From Amoebophrya sp. A120 (taxonomy: Eukaryota; Protista; Dinoflagellata), in the NCBI GenBank assembly GCA_905178155.1, contig CAJINV010000010.1:423866-487865 (forward strand): a stretch of DNA of 64,000 bases. The letters run 5' to 3'. Positions 23,648 through 36,546 of the stretch are shown here, in pieces. Position 1 is the first letter of the stretch; the number at the start of each line of letters is the position of its first letter. Position numbers and translations under genes: made by a program. Below the pieces are notes generated by a model that was not told the DNA's origin, searched no databases, and saw nothing but the letters and a program-made list of their open reading frames with translations.

Positions 23648-26600
23648 TCACTTCCCCGCCTGCACCACCGGAGTAAAAACTCCTTGCGTTGTCAAAAAAA
23701 TTCCGATTCCCGAGACCAAACCAAACGCGACCAATATCGCGCCACGGATCTCGTAATCGTTGCCGGAGATATCCAGTCGAAAGAAGTTCTTTTCGCTTTG
23801 AAGTTCGTAGATTCGTGGTCCACCAAGACGTCTCCTATAAATGGGGATAGGCTACTTGTTATGCACGACAACAAAATGCAAATCGACGTCCAGGAAAAGC
23901 GCTACAAAAACTCACTGATTCCACTTGATATCAATTCTCACAAGTCAGCTTCATTCCGATCAGGCCGGGGACGAGAAAGCAGACCAGCGGCACGGCGGTG
24001 AAGCCCAAGATGGAGAGGGGAACGGAGAAATCCCGCATCCGCCACGCAGCGAGGAGTATGGGAAGGGAATTTCGAGTAAAGACAACAGCTTATTTGTTTG
24101 CTCCGTGCAAAGAGGTTCTTTCTCATCATGCGCGCAGCACTGCTTCTTCAAAAATCAAGACTGCATGATCTAGGATGTTTGTGTATCAATCACACCATCG
24201 TGATCGCAGGAAGACTGCTGCTCTTTGACTCGAAAGATATTTTTCAAAAAGATAGGGCCCACGACTGTGTTCACGAAAAGCATTTGAAAAAATCTTGGCG
24301 GCGATCCTGACGCAGGAGCGGCTGCTGTGTTTACCGTTTTTACTCGCCCGGCTAATGCCCCACTGGTAGTTGTCCAGCTAGTACTTTCCGACGCCTTCAT
24401 TGTGTCGGTGTTCGCTAGATTCCCGTCGTTAACACGATTGGATTTGCTGATGTCGCCATCTTCCTTCGACCTCGTTTCATCAGGAGAGAGCAGCAAGGGC
24501 ACTTGCAACGTTCTTGCCCTACTTGTACTTGCTTCTTGTCCTCTGTTCTCGAAGTCGATGATAGCAGTGTCGGGTCCTGGAGATGTGAAACTGAGGTAGC
24601 TTGTTTGCTGTTTTGGTTTAGCTTGCACTGCCCCATCCTGCTGAAGTAATGACGCTGACGGTGACGGACCTGAGGTAGCATCGCCCGTCTCCGGAGTACT
24701 CAGGTCGCTCTTGCGAAAAAACAGCGACTCCAGGACGTCTCGTAATGGAAGCACGAGCAGCGGGTAGCGAAGCAGATTACTGACGGCGACGCAGAAGATA
24801 CTGATCGATATGCCGTACTGGAGATAGCTCTTTTATGGTGAGGAAAAGGTCAAGTGTGGTCTGTATGTGAATTCTTTACCAAGACATCTTCTGATGCCCT
24901 TCTTCCAAAGTATTGCAAGCATAGCATGCAGCGAGCCTGCAATCAACTAAAAAAACCTAACATGATTCTGCTTGGCATCAAGGCAGCACATCACCCCCCT
25001 TTGATCCTTTTCATCTGCATACTGCAATCCCCCACTGCACTGCTAGATCCGGGTGATCCGCATTTTTCTCAACGGACCTGGAATCCAGCGTTGCGGTGTT
25101 CTGCTGAAAGGCGGTTGCGCTGTAAGCGTTAAACCCGACACCGATCGAAGCCGCACCAGAGCCCTTGAAGTCTGTATTGCGGGGAAACAAGAAAACACAG
25201 TAAAAAATCGTATATGGTTTTTCATCCTGTCATGCAACAGGCCATTGCTCGTCTGAAGATGATCATGTGTGTCATGCACTGACATTCACTTGCGCCATCT
25301 TGTGTGGCATGACAAGTTCAGCAGGTGAAAGTAAAGGTGTTTCTTTGTGCGCTCTGATAGTGAAACAGTTGCTGCGACAGCAGAATATCCGTTTCCATGC
25401 CGTTCTGGCCGCAAATCGCGTACCCCAGAACTCCGAACAAGGCGTGCAGCGTCCCGACGGTCAGCATGGAATAGTTGACCACATTTGCCATCGTCCAGGA
25501 TGCAGCTGCACTTGACGCACTCGACGCTCCGCATGACAAACTTCGGTTTCCCCTTGATGTCCCCGTAGTTCCACCTTTCGCCGTTACCAGCTCGCTGCGA
25601 ATCTGCAACACGTTGAAGTGACAGCAAAACGCGGTTAGAACCGGTGGTAAGGCTTGGAAGAAAGCGCCGAGCGTGGGCTGAATGGGGAGGAGACTTACGT
25701 CTTTCGCGACCGAACCAGTCAACAGGCGGATCACGAAGAACAGGAAGACCTGGCGGGAGATTTTTTTCACTTTTGCAACTCCTGTGCTTCGTATATTTAT
25801 TCCCATCGTCTTCGCAATACAGCTTTAGAAATGAGCTTGTTTTACATGATCTAACATAAAAGACTGTAATGAATCTACAGTACACATCCCGTCCCCAAGT
25901 TCGCCACCCCGGAAAAGACCTTCAGTGCGTCCAACCGACTCTGGCAGGTCGCGGGAAACACGCAAACGAGACTGAGCAGAATCAACCACCCCTGAAAATC
26001 CTCACCAAAGCCGAAGAGCTGGCAGATGTTGCTCGCGTAGATGATCAGCAACGCGGACGCGGCGCAGAGGAGGAGCCAAACCAAAGCGGTTTTGACGATG
26101 AGGGAGAGGAGACGGCCTTGGGTAGATGGGAAGAAATGGACACACAACTGCTCGATGGAGGGGGCGGCGGGCAAGGACGACGCAGGTGGAGGTGGTGATG
26201 AAGATGAAGAACCAATGTGATCGGAAGATGGCGGTACCGGTAGTTTCTCATACTGCTTCTTTTCGTTTCCACTTGCATTTGAAAAAGTTCTCGCTGCGTT
26301 TCTTTCCATCACGCTTGCGGCTTCACACAAAATTGAAGTATGGAGGGAAGATGGAGGACAAAATTGTGTTGCTCCTACACCTACTCGCAGGATCATGCTC
26401 TTGCTCGTTTTATATCGTGTCATTTGTACAAAGCAATGCAGCACTTCAACTTCTTCATAGATCTGCCCTACACTGCACATGCCAAGAAAACCCAAGGTCA
26501 ACTTTACGTCCTTCTCCCCAGTGTTTCCACGCCATAGAATAAACTCCAATTTGAAAAAATCGTGACCACCAGGCACAGAAAACACCCGCCGAAAAAGCCC

Positions 26601-26878
26601 GCAACGTACATCGTAAAGGGCACGGCGAGAATCCCGCCCCCAACGGCCGTCGCGACCAAGCTGATCACGCAGTCGATTCCCGTGGTGGTTGGCTTTGGCG
26701 GCGGGGTGGAAGTCGTTTCATCTGATGGTGTGGATGTGCACCACGAGGAAGAGCAGTTTTCCTGTGATGCGCGAGATTTCGACATGATGCCCCCAGTTTT
26801 TGCCTGAAGGTCTTCGCCACAGGCGGAATTCTGCTTGTGCTCACCAGCAGTCTGACGTGTGGTGGGGCTCATTGTCAT
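23648..26878 (-). CDS. Amino acid transporter, SLC38/AVT (Aa_trans) family, multi-exon
   Basis: TM1 motif VISLVATAVGGGILAVPFTMYVAGFFGG; also LVCVFPATCQSRLDALKVFS, LFGVLGYAICG, LRYPLLVLPLRDVL, SILGFTAVPLVCFLVPGL and final AILVAFGLVSGIGIF. Confidence 0.85.
25175..25359. mobile_element. Eroded introner in transporter gene
   Basis: TATTGCGGGGAAACAAGAAAACAC...GTGTTTCTTTGTGCGCTCTGATA, internal GCATGACAA motifs, flanks gtctg/gtgaa; removal of element+5 nt gives SQQLFH-FKGSG. Confidence 0.55.
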
Positions 26879-26976
26879 TTTGTTTTAAAATGTGAAAACG
26901 CAATGAATGACTAGGTTGGCAGTACAAGAAAAGAAACGTGAAGAGAAGTCTTTGTGTGGTTACTTACTTAACAGCA

Positions 26977-27382
26977 CAGAATCAGAATCAGAAAGTTTGG
27001 CTTGGCTTGGCTGCGGGGCGGCGTTCCAGAACTTTAAGAGTGCAGCTGGAGCTATTCATGAGCTATAACTTGACCACGCATACTAAATTCTAGTAGAGGC
27101 GGCTAACAACGAACTTGTCCTCCCCCCACGTGATCATACAAACCCCGGCCTGAAATTCATGCTTACTGGGTGGGGCTGGGAAAATAGGCCATGAACCCGA
27201 CGGACAAGAACGCCGAAAGTCTTATACTTGGCCAACGAATCAGAATCAGAATCAGAAAATTTTGGCTTGGCTTGGCTGCGGGGCGGCGTTCCAGAACTTT
27301 AAGAGTGCAGCTGGAGCTATTCATGAGCTATAACTTGACCACGCATACTAAGTTCTAGTAGAGGCGGCTAACGACGAACTTG
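26977..27382. repeat. Near-identical ~142-bp direct duplication (26977-27118 and 27241-27382)
   Basis: CAGAATCAGAATCAGAAA...GGCTTGGCTTGGCTGCGGGGCGGCG...CTAGTAGAGGCGGCTAAC.ACGAACTTGT occurs twice with a 122-bp spacer. Confidence 0.95.
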
Positions 27383-30300
27383 TTTTCGGTTACAGCGCGT
27401 GTCCACGGTCGAAACCGACTGGTCGCGAAATCAGCATTGGCAATGGTGAAAACCGCAATGGCAATGGAAGAGGAAAAAAAATAGCAGTGACCTACAACTA
27501 CAAGATAGATAGAACTAGAAGAGATTATAGCAAGGAAAAAAAAGTAAAGCAACAAGCACAAAGACTAATAGAGAAAACAAAGCTAATCGAGAAAGAAGTG
27601 CACTATGGAAAAAAGAAGTAGAAAAACGCACCCTTGTGGACCCTTCTGTTCCTATCTAGAATGGGCGGGATTTTCCATTTTTCTGGATCTTTACTGAAAG
27701 GTAAGGGGGCCACTTTCTAAAAGAAAAACAAGCTTTGTTCGTCTTCAGCTAGGACGAGGAGCCTCATTTTTCTGGATCTTTCAAAACACTACCATTTGTA
27801 AAACCTTTTCAATCTAAGAGAAGTACAACAATAAGCATAGCAAAATAAACTAAAACATACTCCAACAAAACTACATAAAGTGCTTTTCCACAGTCCTTCT
27901 TACATCGGGAGATCTTGGCTTTTGGAACTTTTGTCTAGAAAGTATGCTCTTAAGTGGCTTATCAGCATGACAAACCACAATTTTATTTATAGGAAAACCA
28001 TAGAAATAGAATTCAAGATGGGACAGAAAAAAAGAGATAACGTTACATGGTAAGAGCACTTGTGAAATTGATGAACATGTTTGTAATCGAAAAAGCTGTA
28101 AGACAGTTTAGTACTAGGAAAAAACAAAAAACAAAGTTTCTCGAGCGATGGCTTGCTAGTGAGAGCAGGCACACACTCTACACCCCTGGAGAAAAAAGGA
28201 AGAAGGAAAAAAAACTAAAAAAAGGCAAGCGTAATGCTCCGCTTGACTTTTGCTAGAGAACGAGCTACTTTCAAACACATATCTTCTTTTCTTGAGCTAA
28301 TGTACTTAAAATCCTTTCTTTCAACAAAAATACAGATTTCCGTGAAACCCTGACGCGAGCCTCCTCCGAAGCTCCAGCCACGACACATCCCAAACCCGCC
28401 GCTCGTAAACAGCTGCTTCGCAGGAAACACCGAGATGATCACTGCAGAGTCACCCAAAGCCCCCCGAACCGAAGGAACAAAACGCGGACCACTACCCACA
28501 CAGCCCGGAGCCCGTTTTTTAGAGTTTTTAACGTTTTCGACAACCGAGCCAGGTAGAGATCCACACTGTACCATAAACCGAAGGAGGTAGAACTGCAGCA
28601 CCGAGACCTCGACCTGCAGCCCGAGGGCAGAGCACATCGACTCATGGTCGGAGGGCGAAGAAGAACGCGAAATATGGTCACAACTCCTCAAGGCAAGACG
28701 TCAACACATAACACATCGCAGCAGGTGGTGATGCAAACAATAATCACACAACCTTCTTCGCCCAGCCCCACAGTGTCGCTGCTCCGCAAAATGTTCACGA
28801 CAGCCCTCGTATCGCAATAGCCGACTCCCTGACTTCCGGAAACTCCGAGCAGAGACGCCACTACTTGCCGAAGCCTTCGCTGAGGACTTGAAAACTGGAA
28901 GGGCAGCTCCTGGTGCGCGGCCAGCTGGCTGCTTGATCGGAGTTGGCTGCTTCTTGACCTTCCTCTGGATCCGGTTCTCAAGAAAAGGCCGGGGATCCGC
29001 CTTGATGCGATCCCGCAGGGCAACAGCAGCGGCAAAAGCTAGATCAATGTCGTCAGCGTGGTCCTCAAGAAATACAGTCCGAGAAACAGGAACTTTCGCC
29101 CCAGCACTGTTTCGCACAATAACTTGAACCCGAAAACAGCCGCCAAAGCGACTAGCAGCGCCAGAGCCTGTATTCCACCAGGTGACACCCTTAACAGAGA
29201 CAAGGTTCAAGTCGTCTGGGCCCTTCGTTTTTTGCTGCTTCCCTTTGGCATCTGCGTCAAGCTTCGGCTTCGGCTTACAGCTCTTCACAGTTTCGGAACA
29301 ATCTCTAGGCGGAGGACGGTCAAATAGTGCAGCAATGGCGGCATCAGCGGCAGCTTGTTTCTGGTATCGCATGTGCCGGAAAGCTGATACAAGCGAGGAG
29401 AACAGTCGAATCGGTCGTAGAACAGATCCGGGCAGCAGAAGGGAAGGAGGACTGTCCTCGGCTACGACTTCCTCGCAAGCGCCGACCCCACTACCACGAG
29501 AGGGAAAGAGGGCCTCATCATCAGAAGCAGCATCTTCATCAGCTGGAAGAAACCCGAAACCACCACCGCCAATAATCTTGCTCCCTGCTAGCGCAACTGC
29601 ACCTCTACGCTCCTGTGCTTTCATCTCCTTCTGGAGCAAATAGCGCTGGCAGTCGTCACAGTTACACCCGATGCTGGCGATGCCGGAGCTATCCCGGTCG
29701 ACAGTGAAGGGCGGGTAGCGCGCAATCTCGTCAACTATATCGCAGTACTGCTTTCCAAGGATCGCCCGAAACTCGTCAGCCGGGCCGCGTACAGGTTCGC
29801 AAAGCAAAACACCATCGCCACCCAGCAAAGAGCAATCACCATCAGGAAAGGCGCCGAGATCGAAGAGCGAAGCGTACTGTTCTACTGAAAAGGAGGAAAG
29901 CACCTTATTGATCATCTCCTTCTTAAATAACTTCACGCGCCTGACGGGAGCACCACGTCTTTAACCCTGAAACCCTGTCTAAGTATAAGTTATCAGTCAC
30001 TTACAACTATTTGGTCCTAGTATGCAAGTTCCTAACTACGGTATGCAATATCACCTCGGCCTGGATCACTTGTCTTTCTTTTCGTTTTCCGATAGTACCC
30101 TTAACCCCTCTACCAAACTTCCCTAGTGCATCGAAACCGCCCGGCCCACACGGGCGCTTCTTTCCCCGAGTGGAGATATACTCGCGCACAGGTGGGGACG
30201 CCCTCGACTACACTGGACTCGCCGATAGGAATTTACGATCTACTTGCTTTTACATTTTTTTTTTTGAAACGGAAACGTTGGAGCAGCTTGAGCTTTTTTG

Positions 30301-31103
30301 CTTTACGTATACAAATTTGCCACCTTCTTCATCTTTGGCCGAGGTGTCTAGGGCGCTACTAGTGCCAACGATCCGCACGAAGGTCTTTTGCGCTACGAAT
30401 ATTTCTACGTCGAAGGTGGGCGCTATGCGGAATGTACTACACGAGCAGGCAAAGTGACGGCCACGGCACTGCAGTCACACGGACCGCCATACAAAACTAA
30501 CTATCCTCGTCATGAGGTTTCCCGCGAACGCCACGCCTGTCGCCACATCTGCTGGCGCAACAGCAGTGTGAGGGATGGACTATTCTATGCCCGCAGGCCA
30601 AATTCTAAGCATCCCTGTTTATCTACCGCCGGTCGGTGTGTTAGCTCCTACGTTTAATTCCTGCCACAACAGGAGCGCTAGTAAACGTCTATCTATCACT
30701 TCTTGGTCTGAACACCGCCGGGTACGAAAACTACTTCGCACTAAAGCTCCTTTTTAACTTTACTACTACTAACGCCGCCCGCTTTGCCTTCTTTCTTTTC
30801 TCGTCACACACACTTCACAGAGTTTTGTCGCCAAGAGCCTTGCTGCCCACAGCTTCATCATCATCAAAGGCGCGGAACGTGTCCGCGCAAGACCTCGCAG
30901 CACAGCAACGAGTCGTCGAGGAAGGCAGCGCCAAACGCAGCTCGCAGCGCGTCCGTGGCCATTCGTTCCGTCGCGTGTCCCAATTCCATAACAGTCGCGA
31001 TGCGTCGTGTGGTGCTCGAATATACCCGATATACGCCGATTTTCGGTTACAGCGCGTATCCACGGTCGAAACCGACCGACTGGTCGCGAAATCAGCAATG
31101 GCA
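27383..31103. mobile_element. Putative mobile cassette bounded by ~60-bp direct repeats (27383-27442 and 31040-31103)
   Basis: TTTTCGGTTACAGCGCGT(G/A)TCCACGGTCGAAACCGAC..TGGTCGCGAAATCAGCA.TGGCA at both ends; intron-free ORF inside. The repeats are directly visible; mobility is inferred. Confidence 0.45.
28215..29936 (-). CDS. AP2-like domain and Cys/His-cluster protein with one in-frame TGA (28701-28703)
   Basis: VKGVTWW...GGCFRVQV...KVPVSRTVFL...DLAFAAAVALRDRI fits the AP2 pattern GV.W...(W/F).......F....A...A...R. It is followed by CREH..HC...LCDYCLHHH..RCVMC*RLALRSCDH. ORF 28215..28691 is in the same frame as 28701..29936. Confidence 0.5.
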
Positions 31104-31496
31104 GCAACAGGAGACCACGCTCTGCTCTCTCTCTCAAAGTTCTGATGCCCTCAATGAATTCAATCGCCACTCTCTATCATCACATGTTGCATGTAGTGAG
31201 CAATAGAGTACTTCTACAGTCGAAGAATTCATGTGGAAACCTCGTGATTGTCGTGGCCGAACAGAATACTACTTGCTCAGCGTAAGAAAAGTCCAGGAGC
31301 ACGTCAGAAGTAGAAAAACCTTCTACAACTGGTGGTTTGAGACATGATCGGTAGTTCTTTCCGATGGCACTAGATCGCGCACGGGCGATCATGTTCGTTG
31401 GAACGGAAACCGCTGATCTGTGTCTATCGCGAAAATGAAGCTTGGCGACATCAAAAAGCGAAGTCTTCTACGTTAAACAACTTCTAGCCCTTTGTA

Positions 31497-33224
31497 CTAT
31501 CTTCCAACCACCCCAACCCCCCACTCCATCCTATCGAAATCCAACTCCAAGCGATAAAATGTGTCCTGCACTCCATAATCCGTCAAACTACCCCCTCCCC
31601 CACCAACCGGCCCGGTTTCCAACGGCAGCACAAGCACCGGCTCGCTGTAGTGTCCCTGAAAAGTCAAGCGGATCTGTATCTTCGGATCCATGCACTCTGT
31701 TGAAGTCACCAAGTAGTCTCCAGTCGTAGTACTTCGCTTCGCGACTTGCCACTTTTTCGAAATTGCAGTTTCCGCGATACTCGCCCGTTCGTAAACGAGA
31801 AATTCCACCTGTTTGAACAGCGAGTAAGGTCCGTTGGTGTTCAGATCCCACCCTTGGATCTCGAAAGCCACTTGCTTCGGCTCCTTCGTTGCTTTGTTCT
31901 CTTCGTTCTCGTAGATCTCGACGAGACTCGGAGCGGCGGGGTTGGCGATTGGTGTAAAAGGTTCTGATGCTGTCGCAGCATTCTCACCGACAGAGCCGTG
32001 CGGGTTTGATGTAGTTCTCGCACGCCCAGAAGTTGCTGTTGTGTTAGAGTTAGAAGTGGATCCACTACTGTTCCGCCCACTGCTTCTGGAGCTGAGTCTC
32101 GCGATCGCGCTCTGTAATTTCGCAGGTGGAGACTTAGTATTCATCGACGCCCGTCCAAGAACAGCATTGTCCTTGTTCCACCGCACTTTGACAATCCGCA
32201 GGCCCCGCACCAGCTTCCACTTTGGCACAACGACACCCATCTCTTTGCACAACAACCGCATCACCTCGTCGCAGTACCCTTGCAGCCGACTACTTGCAAT
32301 CTTGTCCAGTGGGGTTTTTTGCAAATTCGCGATGAAAAGGTCGCCAAACTGCTTCTCCCCGACAGTTTTCGGTATGTCCGCCGCGGGGGTCACCGTCAAG
32401 CTGCTCCCCAGCGCCAAGCAGAAATCCGCTTTTACCGCCGCGTTTTCCGCAGATTCTAACTCCTCCATCGGTAGGTTCTCCCCAAAATTGATGATCGAGT
32501 CGAGAAGTTGGCCATTACATTCACTATTGTCGCAAAACCGCCCGGTCTCGTGGGAATGCACTTTCTGACTGGTCCGGGTTCGGAAATCGCGTAGATACTT
32601 TCTTTTGCACTTTTTGCAAATCTCCAGGTTCCGGTTGCCGTGCAGTTCGGAAAATTTCGCCTTGTCCACGCCCGACCGCAAGTGCAGCCCGTCGGTGTTC
32701 TGGGACACGAGATGCTTCAAAACGCCCTGGTCCAGCATCGCTTTCAACGCCATATGGGTAAAGGTCGGGAACGCTTTTTGCACGTCTTGGATCCGATCTG
32801 TTTTACCACTCCTCCTTTCCTGCTTGCTCAGCGGCTTCTTCGCGTTTGCATCCTTCTCCCACTTCCCCGGTCCCGTTGGCAACACCGTATTCATGCCAGA
32901 TCTGAAATCCGGAATTCCGGCGGCCGTGGAGATCCCGGCGCCGGTGAAAGCGATGGCGAATTTGGCTTTTCTCATTTTGACGGCGATATGCATTGCAAAA
33001 GAAGTATCGTTGTACTCGTATAAATGCATCACAAATTTCCTCAGCATGAGAAATCAAATTTGTAATGCGGATTTAGCTTAAGAACACGATTTGTAATGCA
33101 TGATTGCAATACGAGTACGATACTTTTGCACAGGATAGGCGACTTCCTTGATTTTCTGCTCCAGAACCGCCGGGTCGTCGAAAAATTCTTTCACCTCCTC
33201 CTTGCTCCGGGCGGTGGCGGCCAT
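31497..33224 (-). CDS. NAD-dependent deacylase, class IV sirtuin (SIRT6/7-like)
   Basis: FTGAGISTAAGIPDFR, PTFTHMAL, VSQNTDGLHLRSG, ELHGN, CxxC, DSIINFGENLP, LGSSLTVTPA, NLQKTPLD. The N-terminal exon MAATARSKEEVKEFFDDPAVLEQKIKEVA joins in frame after removing the introner. Confidence 0.95.
32987..33137. mobile_element. Introner family B
   Basis: TSD ggcga/ggcga; removal gives KIKEVA-VKMRKAKF. Confidence 0.95.
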
Positions 33225-34472
33225 GTTGTTGATTTTTGGGGTGAGGGATGAATAAAACGGAAAACTCGTGGAGGCTGTGGCAGGTGCCTTGCTGGAAGAA
33301 ATTTAGATAAATCGAGATGAGTTTTGAGAAAATAAGTGGAGATCGAGATGTTGGGAGAACAGCATAAAACCGAACCGAACAAAAACTGGATGTGCTGTTG
33401 ATGTTGAAACTAAAGAGTGTACTACTCGCCGAGCTGTATTTGATGCAGAAGATTAGAATCAGAACTTGAGCTGCGAGGCGCATCTATATACTTAATTTGT
33501 ACGGCATAGACGAAGAAGCTGAGGCAGCCGATATCTAACTGATCAGAATGCAGAAGGTGAGTCTACGTAGATAAAAGGAGGTCCTGTTTGCCGACGATTG
33601 TTTCACCGAATCGAGACGAGGTCATCGAAAATGAAAATCGACAAGTGCTGTTTACAGCGCAGCAAACCGCACTGGGTTTTCGGTTTGATTCAATATCAAC
33701 AGCCGACGAATCAATGAAATGGTCCCACACAAAAGTAAAAAAACCGAGAATGATAGTTGTGCGGCGAGACCCAGACCGATGGCCGAAAGGGTCTTGTCGC
33801 TCCTGTGCAGAGCCTGCTTCCTGTTGTCCCAGAATTGAGAGAGAACCGAAAGCGAACTCCCTGTTACCGAAGGCGGAATGGAGCCATCAGGTGAGCTGCC
33901 GCTGCGAACAAAACACGAAAACACCATAGTAGGCATCACGCCTTGATGAGACTCCCCCTGGTTGATCTTTCTTTTGTTATCTTTTGCAGCAGGGCTGCCG
34001 ATACCCATCTCGGTAGAAAAAGAAAACGGGTCCCGCCGATTATGTAGCTCAAAAGCGCGTGATAAGACGAAAACGTGTGTTCCCGGGGTAAGACAGTAGA
34101 GCGAGGACATCAGCCCGTCGGTACAGAGCGCATGTATGAATGGAAAATCATCGAAAAGCATGAGTCATCAGGAAGACTGGACATCCTGTAGCTCTGGCTA
34201 CAAATAAGACTCGTCACACAGCGCAGAACTCCACGTCCTCGTGCTCCGTCGTGCCTTTTTTCATCATGATGAGTAGTAGGTTCAAAGTACAACTACGTAT
34301 GTTCGTGTTGGGCTGGGGCAGGGCGAAGGGTAACTACGTTGAAAAAATGCTGGCTTAGATTGCGCCACAGAATGCGGCATGAGACAATCAGGCGCAACCG
34401 TTGCGCGACATCATCAAAAGTGGGCGCAGTTCGTTGAACGAACTGCGAACTTGTAACCCGACCCCCTCGTGA

Positions 34473-36337
34473 TCACTCCGTGCCCGTCCACGCCACCCTG
34501 GGTGGTTGCTGCTGCACGCCTCCGCCCCGCTGCCCCCGCCCCCGCCGTGGCGCGTACGGGTCTCTCTGGTTCGGTGGCGCATCGGCCCAGGAAGCTGTCG
34601 TCGTGGTGGTCGTCGTCAGGCTTGTCACGAAGTCATTTGTCATCGGCCCTCGTGGCGCGAAACTAGCCTGGGGGAGGGTATCGGAGGTGGGGGCTTGGAA
34701 CATGCTGGCGTTGGGGGTTGGAAGATTACCGTTTATTGGCATACTATCATTACTGTTGTAGCCGGGAGTACTATATCAACTGCAAATATGTCTGGGTCTG
34801 AGACTTGTCATGCACGTTTTGCACGAGCCAAGATGCCTGTGATGCATGCCCTAGCATCACAGACTTTTTGATGAGGGCTTCTTGATGCCTATTCCGGATG
34901 ACAATTGCCCTCTCCGCGTAGCAGACACTACATTTCCATTGCTGCCCATGCAATACAGATTTTCTTGGAATCCAAATACAGCATCACAAGTTGCATTCTT
35001 CCAAACCCAGACATATTTGCATTTGATAAACTAGAAGAAAATTGCTGCGATTGTCCACCTATCCTGTGCAAAAGTATCGCACTCGTATAAATGCAAGTCT
35101 TGCATTACAAATCTTCCTCTTGAGGCAAATCCGCATTGCAAATTTTATATCTCATGCTGAAGAAATTTGTAATGCATTTATACGACTACGATACTTTTGC
35201 AGTTCATACCACCACCTCCGCTCGCAGCGAATCCTCTGCCGACGAACTGGTCCTGTTCCGCCGAGTTTCTGCTTTTGTCGTTGTCAATGATCAAACCGGT
35301 CGGGATGTTTGTCGGCACGTTGTCTATGGCCGTGCCGTGGGAATTCAAGACCGGTTGCCCGACGACCACCGTGTCCACAGGTGGTTATGCATTGCAAAAG
35401 TATCGTACTCGTATAAATGCATTACAAATTTTCTCAGCATGAGAAATAAAATTTGTAATGCTAATTTACCTTAAGAAAAATATTTGTAATGCAAGACTTG
35501 CATTTATACGAATACGATACTTTTGCACAGGATAGTGGTCGCATGCCCCCGATTCCGTCTTGGTACTGCAACGCCGCGTATCCATTGCAAATATGTCTGG
35601 GTCTGGAAGAGTTGCGCACGATTTGTCATGTACATTCTGCATGACTCGTGATGTCTGTGATGCGCGCTCTAGCACCACAAATTATGCGAGCGCTTTCTGA
35701 TCATCCCGCCATGCCTATTCCGCATGAGAAATGATGTCCACTCCGCGTAGCACAAACTGGACTCTTCTTTTGCTGGTCACGCAATACAGATTTTTCTTTG
35801 GAATCCAAAGACAGCATCACAAGTTGTAACCTTCCAGACTCAACAGATGACATATTCGCAATGCATACCGCGTCCCTCCTTCGCGCCTCCTCCCTCGATT
35901 TGGCGGAATAGCGCTCGATCAGTATGCACAGCCCGCAGATTCCCAGCGACGCACCGGCCATCACGGCAAACCCGATCATCCAGCTGAGCATGTCGTTGCT
36001 ATTGTCGTCGGTATATGCATTGCAAAAGTATCCTATTCGTATAAATGCAAGTCTTGCATTGCAAATCTTTGTCTTAAGGCAAATCTGCATATACAAATTC
36101 TATTTCTCATGCTGAGAAAATTTGTAATGCATTTATACGAGTACGATACTTTTGCAATTGATACGGTAGAACTATCGTCAGCGGAGGACGATGACGGCTG
36201 GACCCGCGAACCCGCACTTGGAACTTCCTGCCCGGGGAGGTTATTCACGCCGGACGTGTCTCCGACGACTACATTTAGGCTAAATATGGAGGGACTACTC
36301 TCAAGTGGTGCTACTACCTTGATCGCTCCTGCGCCAT
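34473..36337 (-). CDS. Hypothetical single-pass membrane protein, 4 introners
   Basis: Spliced: DSSTDDNSNDMLSWMIGFAVMAGASLGICGLCILIERY...RRDAALQYQDGIGGMRPPVDTVVVG...GGGGQSQQFSSS(T)PGYNSND...WTGTE*; start codon tentative. Confidence 0.7.
34774..35028. mobile_element. Introner family A
   Basis: TSD tacta/aacta; frame restored. Confidence 0.9.
35060..35208. mobile_element. Introner family B
   Basis: TSD ccacc/ccacc; frame restored. Confidence 0.93.
35386..35534. mobile_element. Introner family B (opposite orientation to 35060-35208)
   Basis: TSD gtggt/gtggt; frame restored. Confidence 0.93.
35579..35867. mobile_element. Introner family A
   Basis: TSD ccgcg/ccgcg; frame restored. Confidence 0.92.
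36014..36163. mobile_element. Introner family B
   Basis: TSD cggta/cggta; frame restored. Confidence 0.93.
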
Positions 36338-36546
36338 GAATTTTTTTCAAACAACATTGACGAAGGTTTATTGAGGATGAGTCTCAACTTGACCAAGCCA
36401 CTTCGGATGACAAGTTCTCCATTACGTGCTCCTCAATTTATTTAGCATTGAAATCCTTGCCAAAAAAAAAAAATCCGTAAAATGCAAGACGCAATAAAGG
36501 CTGTCTTCTTCTACTTTGGCTATTGATGCCTGCATCACAGACAGAT

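Noticed and set aside
27340-27400. Helitron 3' end (CTAG) at the cassette boundary
   Set aside because: No subterminal hairpin, no A/T insertion context and no Rep/helicase ORF.
33652-34161. 169-aa minus-strand ORF; also 19292..19696 (+), 53276..53575 (-) and 58694..58906 (-)
   Set aside because: No recognisable motifs or supporting exon structure, and most lack an ATG start.
34774-36163. CRISPR-like repeat/spacer pattern
   Set aside because: The repeats are paired inverted termini of 150-290 bp elements with TSDs, the spacers are exons of variable length, and there are no cas genes.
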